A stretch of DNA of 64,000 bases from Bugula neritina. Taxonomy: Eukaryota > Animalia > Bryozoa. The position numbers and the translations under genes were made by a program. Below the pieces are notes generated by a model. It ran no database searches and had not been told where the DNA came from. It saw only the letters and a list, made by a program, of their open reading frames with translations. Each line of letters begins with the position of its first letter. Within the stretch, counting starts at the first letter, position 1. This document shows, piece after piece, positions 1-12,365 of the stretch. The stretch spans positions 19,360,628 to 19,424,627 of the forward strand of contig OZ037767.1 of the NCBI GenBank assembly GCA_964035545.1. Reading direction: 5' to 3'.

Positions 1-571
1 TAAAAAAAGTAAAAATTGCAACACAACTTTTAATAATAATCTGTTTATAGTAATTCCCTAAAACCAACCTTGAGTGATGCTTTCTATGTCATCACAGCAA
101 GTGTATCGTTATTTTAACTACCTTCTATTAATATTAAATTTGAGTTTTTAACTTTTGTCTTGAAAAATTTAAAATGTGTATATAACTTTTTCAACACTAA
201 ACAATTAACAAATAAAGTTTATAAATATTGTACATTGTTATTTTGCTTATTGAGCAAAGTCTTACAAAACTTAATGGATTGTTTTTGCTCAACAAATTTT
301 AATGCTGGTCCAGCAAGAAGTAAATTCTTTATAAAAAAGCTTTGGTTTGTTAAGTAAATGTTAAGCAGCCCAAAACTGTAAACTGTGGCATTTACAGAAT
401 GATGACTTGGCATCCAGTGATTTGCTTAGCAAGAGTTCATACTATCCCTCTTAGCCGTATTTTGCCACTCAAAAGTTGTGTTACCTTGTATGGAGCATCT
501 CAGCACGCCACATCTCTTTGTTTGAGAGTTGTATTTCCCTGTCTGAAGTATTTTATTATTCTCTATTTCAG

Positions 572-776
572 TCTGTCCCGCATCTTGTGGACGTGGATGT
601 CAATACTATAACCACACAGTCTACCAGAGGGAGGAAGTGTGAGTTTATAATAGATTAGATAATAGAAGTTTTCTTCTTTTGTCTTAGGCTCACTGCATAT
701 CTGTATTGTAATTATTTTATTATATTAAATATATCATATTTTATTAACAGCATTTACAGACAACTTACCTCCATGA
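572..776 (+). CDS. pepA: 3' part of a secreted prepropeptide gene (exon 1 outside window). Exons 572-638 and 751-776: SVPHLVDVDVNTITTQSTRGRK|SFTDNLPP*. Truncated member or pseudogene
   Basis: ttcag/gtgagt and aacag splice sites; phase-1 junction; exon 2 homologous to pepB exon 2 and exon 3 homologous to pepC exon 3; TGA at 774-776 replaces the motif Gly while homology continues in frame (NQKTTHHRNYRKSNTLQDILRRIAN). Confidence 0.7.
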
Positions 777-1677
777 AATCAAAAAACTACTCATCACAGA
801 AATTACAGGAAATCAAACACCTTACAAGATATTTTGAGAAGAATTGCTAATAATATGGTAGATGTTACTTTAGAAGAAACATACTTTTATTTATACAATT
901 AAAACAAATAGAATATCTTTATATTAATGTTTTCTTGTATTTCGAAGACAACATAATGTTTAAATAAAATATTGTGATGAGCTTTACAGGTCTTGTTTTG
1001 GTACTCAATATACTTTCTGTGCTGTTTGTGTATTATATATAAGGACAAACTACTAGTCATTGGTTTGAATATGAATAACAAGTAGCTGTCGAAAGTAGAC
1101 TTTTGGAGTAGATTGTAACACATGTAGATGTATTTACTTTTTTTGAATCTTAATTAAAGATATAATAGACTATAGAGGAATAATTTGAAAATTGCTACAA
1201 TGTTCAAAAATACTCTTTCTCATTGTAAGGTGTCTCAAAATACAATTTTATGAAATTGAAATGACATACCATAAACACAATGATCAACTTTTCTCATTAT
1301 CTATAAACAAAGCAAAGATTAAAATGTGCTATTTCTAAATTCTAGCAGTTTTTAATATTTACTCTCAAAAACTGAAAGTTTATGTAACTCAGTAAAGATG
1401 AAGATACACTTAACGCAGCAAACATAATGCAAGCTGTGTTTATGATTTCTTAAGAAAATGTTTTGTAAATTAATTAAACCTTTTGCAAAACATCATGTTT
1501 TTTCAAAGAATAATAAAATTAACTATAATATGTCATAAACTAATAGAAAAATTAGAGTTGTGGTAGAATATCATATTATTGTGAAGCATGATGTAATCAT
1601 TTAAATTAGTGAGTTTCTAACAGAAATAAAGTAACAGAATACTAGAAGGGTTGTGTTAGTATTTTTACTCTCTTCAG

Positions 1678-1832
1678 CATTTCAATCATTACACAATCAA
1701 GCCACAAAAACGGGAGTCCAGGCCCTTCTCGTGACCTATGAAATTTTATTAGATTTGGAGGAGCATTTAGTTTGCACAAGTTTATTTAATAGCTTAGATG
1801 ACCTCACATTATTAGCTATGGAATTGAGCTAA
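1678..1832 (+). other. Candidate orphan terminal exon (phase 1): (S)FQSLHNQATKTGVQALLVTYEILLDLEEHLVCTSLFNSLDDLTLLAMELS*
   Basis: Strong polypyrimidine acceptor (atttttactctcttcag) followed by 50 stop-free codons in AT-rich DNA; no upstream exon securely linked. Confidence 0.3.
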
Positions 1833-2058
1833 CTGCAGTCTTACTATGTATAGATAAGACTATGATATGATAGATAAAACGTTATTGAAAGCTCCTACAA
1901 TAAACTCACCATTAACTGTAACAAAACATAGTAACATTTATAGAAACACTAATGGCATTGTTTCTGTTACTTACTCTTCTCAGTAACTAAACATTAATTG
2001 TATAGGGGCACTGTAATGCTATGTTTTTTGTTGCTAGGTAGTGACAGCTTGTAATGTG

Positions 2059-2910
2059 ATCACGTGACTGGTCACATGATAGTTATGGAACAGCTAGCAG
2101 CCCTTTCATAGAATATATTACTCAGTAACTTTGAGGCAGTTCAGGTTTGTAGAAGGTAAAGTTTATAATATTATTTTCATCCAAGTTCGCACCTATATTA
2201 CTATATGCTATAGGTAAAATAATATGTGTAAAAATCCCTGATCTCTTGGAATCAGGTTTTACAGTACAAGAGTTGCCTAATTTGTAGATAATAACTGCAC
2301 ATCTATCTTTCTACATAACATCAGCAGAGCTGCATTTGAACTGGAGCATTTCAGCTATATACTTCATGTACTTTTTATTTGCTAGCAAAAAGCTTGCCAT
2401 CAGATGGCATTCACTGTGCATTTAGAACGTGACTTTACAAATCTGTACTAGACTGAAGACTATAAAATAGAGGCTATGTCATTATTTGACATGCATGTTA
2501 TTATGTTTAATTTTGACAGTTCGGATGCTAATTTATTTTTTATATTTGCTCATACATGTTATTTATTTCTATTATTATTCACGTGCAGCAAATAATCAAA
2601 AAGTTTTTACCAATAAACAACTAATTATAATTTAACTTATCACAGGATGAACTCTTGCCTTAAAGTTACAAAAATGTAACAGAAGTTGATTTTTGCTCAT
2701 CTTTGATCTCTAAACATGATCTGCTGTTTAATCAATGACAAACTCATACTCGCTCAGGAAGAACTTCTGGTAGAAAGTTTTGTCCTAAATTCTGGCTCCA
2801 CAAGATGTAGGGTTACTGTCTGATTGTTTTATATAAAAGAGAACACATTACTAACAGATATTCTGATTGGCTGACATAAAACAGAGTAACCTTACATGAT
2901 TGGCTGATTC
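2059..2910 (+). promoter_or_regulatory. Possible promoter elements upstream of the LRR gene: paired E-boxes (~2059-2080) and two inverted CCAAT boxes (~2865, ~2897)
   Basis: gatcacgtgactggtcacatgat; tgattggctga twice, about 32 bp apart; motif match only. Confidence 0.25.
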
Positions 2911-3471
2911 CACATTATGGCTGAAAGTAAGACAGTTTCGGTAAACGGTGTCTTATAATTTAGTAATCAGCTTTCTTCATAAGAATAGGCCATGAATAAC
3001 CCAGCAAAAGAAAAGTGAATGAAAATTATAACGATATCTCACCATTCTAAAACACATCTGCTCAAAAACAGTTGTGCAATATTTTTATGTGAAATATTCT
3101 ATATATTTTAAATTTATAATTCTTGAGTTCATTTTCAGAACTCACAGTTTAAATATTTTAAAATTGTAGTTCAAAATTATATATCTGGAAGTTTAGGTTT
3201 TATGATAACAAACCAGTTTTGATTTGTAGTTTCACAGATCAGTATTATTCTATACATAATAAATTTAAATCTAACTGGTATTATAATGTAAAATATTTTA
3301 AATATCGAAATCTGACTGCGATAATACAATATGGAATATTTATATTTTTAGTTTTTTAGATGTGCATCTAATACTATGTCTAACTTGTAGGTATAGAATG
3401 TACCAAGTACTTCCGTTTTATGTGCATGTATTTATATTGTGTGTTTGATTTCTAGATAAAAATATAGAATA

Positions 3472-4260
3472 TTGTTTAACACTGCCAGTACAGATGAGCC
3501 TGGTAGAGATTGGATGAAGAATATTCCAGATAAAGGCTACACTATAAATGAGTTGAGACATGAAAGTAGACGTCATACTGTGATTCATGTTATTCTGTGG
3601 GAAGACATTCCTACAGATATTCACACTCTGTTCCTTCATCTGAGGTTGAAAGAGATGTTGTCCTATACTTTCTATAGAAGGTGGTATATAGTATATCAGT
3701 ATAAGTTTATACTATTATATTCTATATATAGTGTATACCAGTATATTGGATATTATCCTACTATTGGTCTATTATAGTGTATCTCAACTGAGAAATCTTC
3801 AAATACTGAGTATATCAAAGAATTGGCTTGCTGACAATCTGCCAGATAATATGTTTTCGTCTCTACAATCTCTGAGAGAGTTGGATATCAGTTACTGTAA
3901 ACTCAGGACTCTACCAAAAAGGTAAATTGATATCTAAAACTAAATCTTATTAATATTATTTTTAAAAAAGTATTTTGTTTGCTTCAGATCACATATATAA
4001 TTTATATTGCATAAGAGTAATTCAGCTTCACATATCAGTATACATGCATGATATGTGCTGTATAATGCTTATATTCTGAAAATATATGATATTTTACACA
4101 TATTTGTTATATTACAGCGTATCTCAACTGAGAAATCTTCAAATACTGAACATGTCATGGAGTAACTTGTCTGATAATCTACCAGATGATGTGTTTATTT
4201 CTTTACGATTACTGAGAAAGTTGACATCAGTGGCTGTGGACTGAGTGCTCTACCAACTTG
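3472..4260 (+). pseudogene. Leucine-rich-repeat gene, 5' exons (about 3472-3680, 3778-3921, 4118-4260), frameshifted
   Basis: 144-nt phase-2 exon VSQLRNLQILSISKNWLADNLPDNMFSSLQSLRELDISYCKLRTLPKR has two LxxLxLxxN/C repeats; the next paralogous exon is 143 nt (1-nt deletion at RKL/DISGCGLSALP). Confidence 0.8.
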
Positions 4261-5376
4261 GTGTGTACTGTATATATACATAGTATAATAACTATAATAA
4301 CATGAGACTGCATACTCTCCTCCAAGTCTGCAGTCAGTGAGAATATCTTGTGAAGTCCATAAAAATGTCAACGCATATGCTCAAATAAAATAAACTGATG
4401 GTTTTAACAAATTTCATTCAACATATTTGGCACTGATGATGAATATCAATAGTGAGAGTTAGTGATGTCACATGTATGAAAGGAGAATTAACATAGGAAC
4501 ATCAAGTAAACAACTATATAAGAATCAGCTAGTTCAAGCTTATGCGATTAGTGTGAAAAATTTGAGGGCTTCACTTATGAAGTTAGTGCATTTTATGTGA
4601 AAGCTTATACATTTATTTGTAATTAGTATGTTTTCTTCAAATTAATGTTATAGATGCAATAGCTCTCACTTAAGTAATTTTTTGTTACTAAAATTGAAAA
4701 GGTAAATTAGTGTGAACAGTTATAATTTAAGGCTATATATCAATGTTTGAACATGCAGTTGCAGCAACAATCTTTTTATGTAATAATGTGTATGCTAAGC
4801 ATTTTAAAATTTAAATCTCAAGTAACTTCTTTAGTATGCTTTAATTGGTTGCAACATTTTTGTAATGGAGATTCCCCAATAAAAATGGTAGAGTTGGTTA
4901 CTACGTATATCACATTACAACTGTAATATTATAATACATAGGAGTTATATAACTTTATGATTGATAAACTATATTAGTGGAAAGTTGACAAGACTGAAAT
5001 AGAATTAACCAGTAGCATTGTCAGCAGCAGCAGCCTAGGAAGTACAGCACTGACCTATGCAATGAGTCATGATTTTGAAGTTTGGCAGAGCTATGGGCAT
5101 TTGATTATAGTTGCTTCTGTGTTGCAACTAGACACTCTCTAACCATGTTTAGAGCCATAGCCTGTAACCTAATGACCATTTCATCATGAAATGAAGAATT
5201 TATATAAATAAGGTATCTAGTACTCTAATAGTGAGAGATTTATTATAAATATGTTTTAATTATACATAATAATTAATATATTAAATAATGACAAAAGTGC
5301 AGTTGCTGTGACATTTAGCTCAACAAGCTGTAGAATAGTATGTAGAGTTTAGTTCATATAAACGAACTCATTGGTG

Positions 5377-6049
5377 TCATGGTAACAAATACTTCCTCGC
5401 AACTTTTAGCAGTACTTCTCTGCTGGAAGCAGTGACTGTATCCAAATGCACATTTCCAGCTATTCCTGTCAAATGAGAATTATGTATAGCGTAATATTTA
5501 ATACATGTATTAATATACATGATATTATAAATACAAAGACTTTTAATATTAAGATATGTTTACAAAAAGTAATAAATTGCACAATTATAAGCATAATAGA
5601 CAAGTGTTGATAATTTGTGTTCTACACTGAACCTAGTTATAAACTGATCTCTCCTGTCTCGAATATGGTTTCTCCTACTGATGTTCAGCATGGATTTTCC
5701 CCCTAACTACAATACATACTATTATGTTACACACAACTATAAGTGTTGAAACATTTTTGTGTCATAATTTGAATAAATTAATATAAAATAGTTCTAATAA
5801 ATTTATAAATGAATGAAAACATGTTTTGAATTCACTGCTTTGTTGTCAAAATTTTATCAACCTAAAATTCTATATTATTTCTACTTCAAAAACTACCTTC
5901 CATTAGTTAGAATTATAAAAGCTTTTTTTTTAAATATAAACTATCAAGTATTAGTTCTACAAATAAACCAATATTATACTTACAAATCTTGCATTTGCAA
6001 TGCAGATGATAAGAAAGCAAAAAGTTATCAGAAACTTTATGATTTTCAT
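5377..6049 (-). pseudogene. pepP copy 1: MKIIKFLITFCFLIICIANARF|LGGKSMLNISRRNHIRDRR|GIAGNVHLDTVTASSREVLLKVARKYLLP*; exons 6049-5984, 5706-5649, 5465-5377; exon-2 donor mutated
   Basis: Hydrophobic signal exon with gtaagt donor; RDRR furin-type site; reading frames open, but the intron-2 donor reads ATCAGT where the paralog has GTCAGT. Confidence 0.75.
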
Positions 6050-6425
6050 TCTAAGAGTAAAGATTGTATAGCAGTTATCAAGACAGAAGAGTGAAAGAAG
6101 ATTTACCTCCAGCCAGGAGTGTAAGTTGTATACTGATACTGAAAGAAATGATGGCCACTCACATAGTATTATAATTAAGAAAATTGGCAGAGCAAATAAT
6201 TCTTTAATTCCTTAATTTTGTTAAGGATCCTATTAGTTACATAATGTTTTGTTATGTTAGCTGGAGTTAAACCTGAGTGCATCAACTGTTTATTATGTAA
6301 CAAAACAGACATAATTATAGGTGCCCTTGGGCTTGGCAGGTAAAGTTACCTAACAGAAATACAAACCCTAAACTCTTTTATCTGCTACTTCACCTTTTCT
6401 CCTCTTTGTGGTTTCTACTGCTATG

Positions 6426-7541
6426 GGTGCCATCCCAGATAGAAGGTTCTCAGTTAGATGCTAGGCTAAATTTCCCACTTAGAGGCTTTCCACATTTAAC
6501 TATTTCTTTATTTCAGTACAGCATATGTATTTTGTTTGTTTTTTTGCTTACCTCTTCTTAGCATTTAGTTATATTCTATTTTTGAAAGACTTAAAAGCAG
6601 AAGTTATTTGTAAATTAGGAAAATACCATCAGTATAATTTTAGGTTTGCATATTAGATCTTGTTCTGGAAAATTACTTATAATGAGTATTTAACTAAAAG
6701 TATTAGTTTTCATTGAAGTTTAATTTGTATAAAACCAGAACTAATTCCATTATTTTTCAAACAAAACAGTATACTGGTAGATTTCTGAATTTTCTAAGAA
6801 AAAGATTTACCATGCTAGTGTAATACTCTGACTGTATTATGGAAAGTGCTTAAACAGAAAGATAAAGTGCTTTTGTCTTTAGTTTTCATACCATCTAATT
6901 TTCAAGTTTAGTAGAGTAATAATTTTATAAATTATGAGTTTGTTTACTTATAAAGAACTGAAATTGTAAAAATAAGTAGTTATTGTGTGTTTAACATCAA
7001 TTACTAGTTTTAAGCACCCAATGCACTTAAAAGTATATAAATAGAGAGCATGTAACCTGTACACACATTTGTCTCTGAACTTCTCTTTGATATTGTGAAT
7101 ATCTCATTGACAAAATGAAACTCAAAATTCTCATATTTCTCTCCCTATCTATTATTCACTTTACAGAGACCAGACATGTAAGTATTGAACTTTTACTTGT
7201 AGTCTATAATATGTTGCTAACAAATTATACAATGTATAATAATGAAGCTAAATATTTTTTTAACTTTTCTATTACAAAGCACTTTTTCTTTTGAACATTT
7301 CTCGCTAAAGTTAAAGCACTTCTATGCAACTTTGATTTTTGTAACATTTCCCTGGAGCAAAAAAAGCATAAACACTTTTTGAGCTGCCTATCTCAATAAT
7401 ATTCAAATAAATTGCCTATAAAATATATATTGTACCAAAATAAATAAATGACGTCTAACTGGGAAGCGACCATGTGGGAAGCTTCTAAGTGGGAAATTTA
7501 GCTTAGCGTCTAACTGGGAAACGTCTATCTGGGATGACACC
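6426..7541. mobile_element. Left-end (6426-~6495) and right-end (~7390-7541) fragments of a small TIR DNA element family, inverted relative to each other
   Basis: ggtgccatcccagatagaaggttctcagttagatgctaggctaaatttcccacttag is the near reverse complement of 7480-7541; related pieces at ~48820-49240 and ~50495-50622; TA flanks. Confidence 0.65.
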
Positions 7542-8229
7542 GTATTTTTATTTCTGCTAAGCTCAATGCGCTTAAAAACTGCTAGAATTTAAAAGTATAG
7601 CATACTTTAATATTGCTCCTTAAGAAAAGTCTTGTTCAACTAAACGTTTTTATACTTTTGATTTGCCAATTAAATTTTGCATCCTCACGTCAAAAAATCA
7701 ATTCTTTTATAAAAAGCTTTCTGATATTTTAAGAGAATATTGAGTAGCAGTATAAACCTTTAAATGCTGTTTTTAAATAGCTCATTTAAAGATTCATTAG
7801 GCAAAATATTTTGGCCTATAACAAAAACATCATAAATAATTACCCTTTCTGGCTACATTTTATTACTTAAGAGTTATGCTACATTTCATTATTTAAGAGT
7901 TGTGTTTCCTTATCAGAATTACTTTATAATTCTCTATTCTAGCTAGTGCCTCATCTTGTGGACAGAGATGTCAATATAACCACACAGTCTACCAGAGTGA
8001 GGAAGTGTGAGTTTATAAAGGATTAATAATTAGAAGTTGTCTTCTTTTGTCTTATTTCCTTGCATACCTGTGAGGTAATTATTTTATTATATATCATTGT
8101 GAAACATTAATGGATAATAATTTTACAGCCCACATTGGAGGTAATGCTCCTGGTGGAGAACCTACTGTGATTCACCCAACATATGAGGAGCTGCTAGAGA
8201 TATTGAAGATTTACTTGCAAGCCCCTTAG
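7115..8229 (+). CDS. pepB copy 1, 75-aa prepropeptide: MKLKILIFLSLSIIHFTETRH|LVPHLVDRDVNITTQSTRVRK|SHIGGNAPGGEPTVIHPTYEELLEILKIYLQAP*; exons 7115-7177, 7943-8006, 8129-8229
   Basis: Canonical GT-AG sites, phases 0 and 1 give one open frame; TATA-like tatataaa at ~7034; frame conserved in paralog at 50915-51932. Confidence 0.85.
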
Positions 8230-8785
8230 TGTCTTATTATAATATCTTATAAGTTATACTGCAAAAGTATTTTCATTATAATATTGTTCATTTAATTATA
8301 ATAATATTCTTATTACAAAATACGCTCTCGAATTTTCATCAGTTATTATTTGAATTTCTCTTGAAAACTTTTATTTGTTATCTTAGAAAACTACAGTCTT
8401 TTTATGTTGTTATTGGTGAACCTCAAGGCCGTAACAATAATGACTCATAACTGCATCTCATCTGTTTGTCAACTTTGTCATTTGGTCAATTATAAATAAA
8501 ACTAAATTACCAAAAACTTCATTATTCTGTTAGCTGAATTTATTCTTAAATAATAAATTTTCAAGCATTGGCTTTGTGCATCCTAATTCATACATAACAG
8601 ATCTGTGCATAGAGTCTTTTTATGGAAGCTTGGCTTTTATCAAAAACTAGCATTAGATAATTTCAAGATTGCAGAATCTGTAACAGTGAATGCATTTCTT
8701 CATGGCATAGCGCTGAAAGTGGATATCACACACTCAAGTATTTTATAGACTGACATAGTAGATACTAGTAAATCACTGCAATTGA

Positions 8786-10042
8786 ATGGCTAGGATAAGA
8801 AATATGGTTCTACTATTCCTCTATCTGGCTGAATTCCACATCCTGAAAGTAGGACTTGTAAGTGCTTATGATATATTAAACATAAGGTTTAGTATATGGT
8901 ATGCTTTATTGTAATATAATGCCAAACATTTTTCTAGTGCTGATTTGTAACATTTGCAATTCCAATCTTTACATTTGTAGAGCTGAATAAGGAAACTTTT
9001 TCTTTAGTATTAAATATGTGAACTGCAGTTATATGTGCCAATGTTATTCAAAACAATTCGTTAGCAGCCAACCGGAGTATATTGATTAAACTTTCACTGC
9101 TGATTCAACTTTTCACAAATTTTTTTTCAAGTAATAATAAAATTTTTATGTATGACTGCAGAGAAATTGAAAATCAAAATTTTCTAAGGCATGGAGAATT
9201 ATCAAATTGCACTGAAAATAGTGAGTAATATGAAAAAAGCCTTTACAAGAGTCATTGAAAAGGCAAATGTTCAAAAATCTGTTTCATTCTGGTTAAAATA
9301 AATTTATAATCAGCAATTTAATTATGAGCAACTTGTGGTAAGAAGTTTACACCAGTTATGTCAGCCAACAGCATTTAACAGCCCATATTCTGAAAAACTT
9401 TCTTAGTTTAAACTGATGATAACCATTTTATTTGAATAATAATTCTACAAAGCCTGTTACTAATTTCAGATGACAACCAATTTGGGAGATCCAAACACAG
9501 GGATGAAGTCTGGAAGTTTCAGCTTAACCAGACTTGGTGGCTGTAATCAGATGCTAGTGACTTGTCCAGTGATAGCTCCTTTTACAATGATTAAACGAAT
9601 CAGAAGATGTAAAACAAATAATTATATTACTTTTCACTTTTCATTTTACTACACTTTGAGACCTTAATTATGTCACCCTCATGGTATATTGTACTCATAG
9701 GTCTCAAAGGGATACAAATTCACACTTATATATACTTTTCACTTTATTTCTATATTTTTCCTATAAATAAAAGTTTATTTTTACAATTTTAATTTTGACA
9801 AGTTTTTAGTATGGCAATTACATACATAAAATATTACTTTAAAAGCTAAATGGAAGTAGTACAAAAGCTACCTTAACTCTGTTACCAGTACTCTATAGCA
9901 AAGTTATTTTAATCTTGTTCTTTTAACAGCATTTACAGACAACCTACCTCTGGGGATTCAGCCAACTACACATCGCAGAAATTACAGGAAGTCAAGCACC
10001 TTACAAGATATTTTGAGAAGAATAGCTAATGGTAGATACTAG
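8786..10042 (+). CDS. pepC copy 1, 107-aa prepropeptide: MARIRNMVLLFLYLAEFHILKVGL|MTTNLGDPNTG...PFTMIKRIRR|SFTDNLPLGIQPTTHRRNYRKSSTLQDILRRIANGRY*; exons 8786-8857, 9470-9608, 9930-10042
   Basis: Exon lengths 72/139/113 fit phases 0 and 1; RIRR site at the junction; exons 1-2 same length in the paralog; intron-2 donor (gtaaaa) and signal peptide weaker than in other members. Confidence 0.75.
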
Positions 10043-10486
10043 TTTAGACGGAGGATACTTTTAGTTATACAAAATGAACAATAGAAATATTTTTATTTTG
10101 CCGTCTTTTTAGCTTTTTAAAAACAAAATAATGCTTAAATAAAAAATTGTGATGTGATGTACAGTCGTTATTTTGTTTTGGTACTCAATATACTTCATGT
10201 GGTGTTTGTGTATGATATATAAGGACAAACTACTATTCATTGATGTGAATCTGAATACAGCTTAGCCGTTGAAAGTAGCTTCTCAGAGCAGATAGTAACA
10301 AATACAGATGTTTTTACTCTTTTTGAATCTGAATTAAAAGTAGAATAGAGATAAAATTTTACCACTGCCGCAATGCACATAAATTTTTTTTTTTTTGTGA
10401 TTTCTCAAAATGAAATTTAATAAAATACAAATAGCCGCCCATAACATTATAGAAACAACTTTTTTCCAATATAAATTTATTTGACA

Positions 10487-11607
10487 CTAAAGAAAATAAA
10501 AAAGCCAAACAAAACTGATCAAAACATTATATTGAGCATGTAAGCATGAGATAGCACTAGAATTTGGCCTTTGATTCTTCTGTGTAAACCCAAAAGGTAC
10601 GTTGCCTGTATGTGCTGCAAAACGCATTAAATTAAGTACATCAAACATTGAAATATTATATTACATGATAATTCATCATAATAATATGTGCTTATATATA
10701 ACAGAACAAATTAAACATTATAGGTGCTCATCACCTTTGTTATTGAGTAATAATTCTTATATCTACCAGGTAATATCATATCTACAGGTAATCTTATATC
10801 TAACAGGTAATATCATATCTAGAGGTAATCTTACATCTTCGATTTCGACCAAATATTGCAGGATACGACAGATGCCACACTGGAATCACTTTCTCCCATA
10901 TTCCTACAGGTGGCAATTTGTTCTCATTGTTTGTTGAGTTGCTTTCTTTTAATTCTGTTTCAGTATTTTGACAAGCGCAGGAACTTAGTATTGTCTAAAA
11001 TCCATAAAAGTATTCATATAACAATTTTTCAATAAATTCTACAATTTGAAATGTACATATAATAAATATATATTAGAGCACAAAATATAAATTTAGCTCA
11101 AGAAACAGTAAGGTAATAATTCTTTTGTCAAATTTTGCACAAAATCACATGCATCAGGCTTGATTCAGCATTTCCCACACTCATGATGAAATTATTTGAA
11201 AACTTTGGTTGATTTTTTATATTTTGTTACAATCAGCTTTCATAAATTGCAACATTTTATATACTTTTACAATTCAGCACTATGGAAGGTGGTACTGTAC
11301 GAAAGACGCTCTATTAAACAGCTACATATATAAAAAGCTAGCGCAATTGGATGTCCAAAGAAGCCAAAAGTTAGAAAAAAAGCAGTTTTTTCAATAACGA
11401 GTTTGTTTAAATTAACAACTTTAGTTGCTTCTAAGCTGCATCATTTTAACTACTCTATTTGAATTTATTAAATAATATTTAAAATGAAAGGAAATAAAAG
11501 CTGATTACTTTATTGAGAATGAAATAAAATGAACTCACCCTGTTAGCCTGCACGGCAGAGAATACAATTGCACAGTGACATAGTAACATAAGCCTGTTCA
11601 CCTTCAT
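10487..11607 (-). CDS. pepD copy 1: MKVNRLMLLCHCAIVFSAVQANR|TILSSCACQNTETELKESNSTNNENKLPPVGIWEKVIPVWHLSYPAIFGRNRR|SHTGNVPFGFTQK...; exons 11607-11539, 10994-10835, 10614-10487; C-terminal tail frameshifted
   Basis: Canonical splice sites; RNRR at the phase-1 junction; net ~17-nt loss after the motif shifts the ancestral helix (QILVLSHAYMLNIMF*) out of frame. Confidence 0.75.
10760..10834. repeat. Short tandem repeat (~18-19 bp unit atctacaggtaatatcat) in pepD intron 2; paralog at ~54448-54544
   Basis: About 4 direct copies visible. Confidence 0.7.
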
Positions 11608-12180
11608 ATTAGTAGTGACTGTAATTTCTTTTATACTGTAACATTAAGGCTGAGAGTAAGTCTCTTGTTGTAACCATTCTGCTCTAGCTACTGTTTTATA
11701 TAGCAATGGTGTGTACTGCATATCTCGAGTATTTTAAATTCCACACTTTAGTAACCCCAAGTGGTGCTAGTTCTACGGATTTGTCTAACATTCTTAAACT
11801 ACAAACAATAGATTTTCCCTAAAAGCTGCATTTCCTGTAGCGTGGCGTTGCAAAGCTTCTCTGCTATCAATGCAGCAGGCAGTAGAGTCAAATGCTTATT
11901 AACTTATTCATGCACAATGACAAATGACTACTAATTATATAATCTGACATACCAACAATAATAATATTAATAAGTCAAATTATTTGTAATTCTACCGAGC
12001 GTCTAGTAATTATTACATTTATTTTGATACCATACATTTTGGGAATAAGCTATGAGCTGCGATAATCAGAAGTTGTCTTCCCTTGGTACATTATTTTCCT
12101 GTTTGTACTATGATGATGAAATATCTTTGATTTTACAAGTTATGTTTTATATAGCACTGTTTTAGTAAACACAGGCATGT

Positions 12181-12365
12181 GAGAAACCCCTGATAGAAAG
12201 GGTTTTTGTTAAAACGGGCTAAGGACTTATTTAAATGAGGCACAGGAGCAATTATGACTGGATGCTCTTCCTAACATCACCAATTGCTTTTGTCGGCAAA
12301 CGCATGACCTCGTGGTTACTAGGCAAACGCTCTAACCCCTAGGGCCTAGATCACGACTGCCCCCT
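12181..12365 (-). mobile_element. tRNA-derived SINE-like insertion
   Basis: Absent at the paralogous site (~55930); minus-strand head ggggcagtcgtgatctag...ggttagagcgtttgcctag is tRNA/A-box-like; related head fragment at ~23975-24015. Confidence 0.55.

Noticed and set aside
774-776. Shared in-frame TGA in pepA and pepH as selenocysteine or readthrough
   Set aside because: It aligns with Gly in pepC, not Cys; pepH is otherwise dead; no SECIS identified. A shared ancestral nonsense change is simpler.
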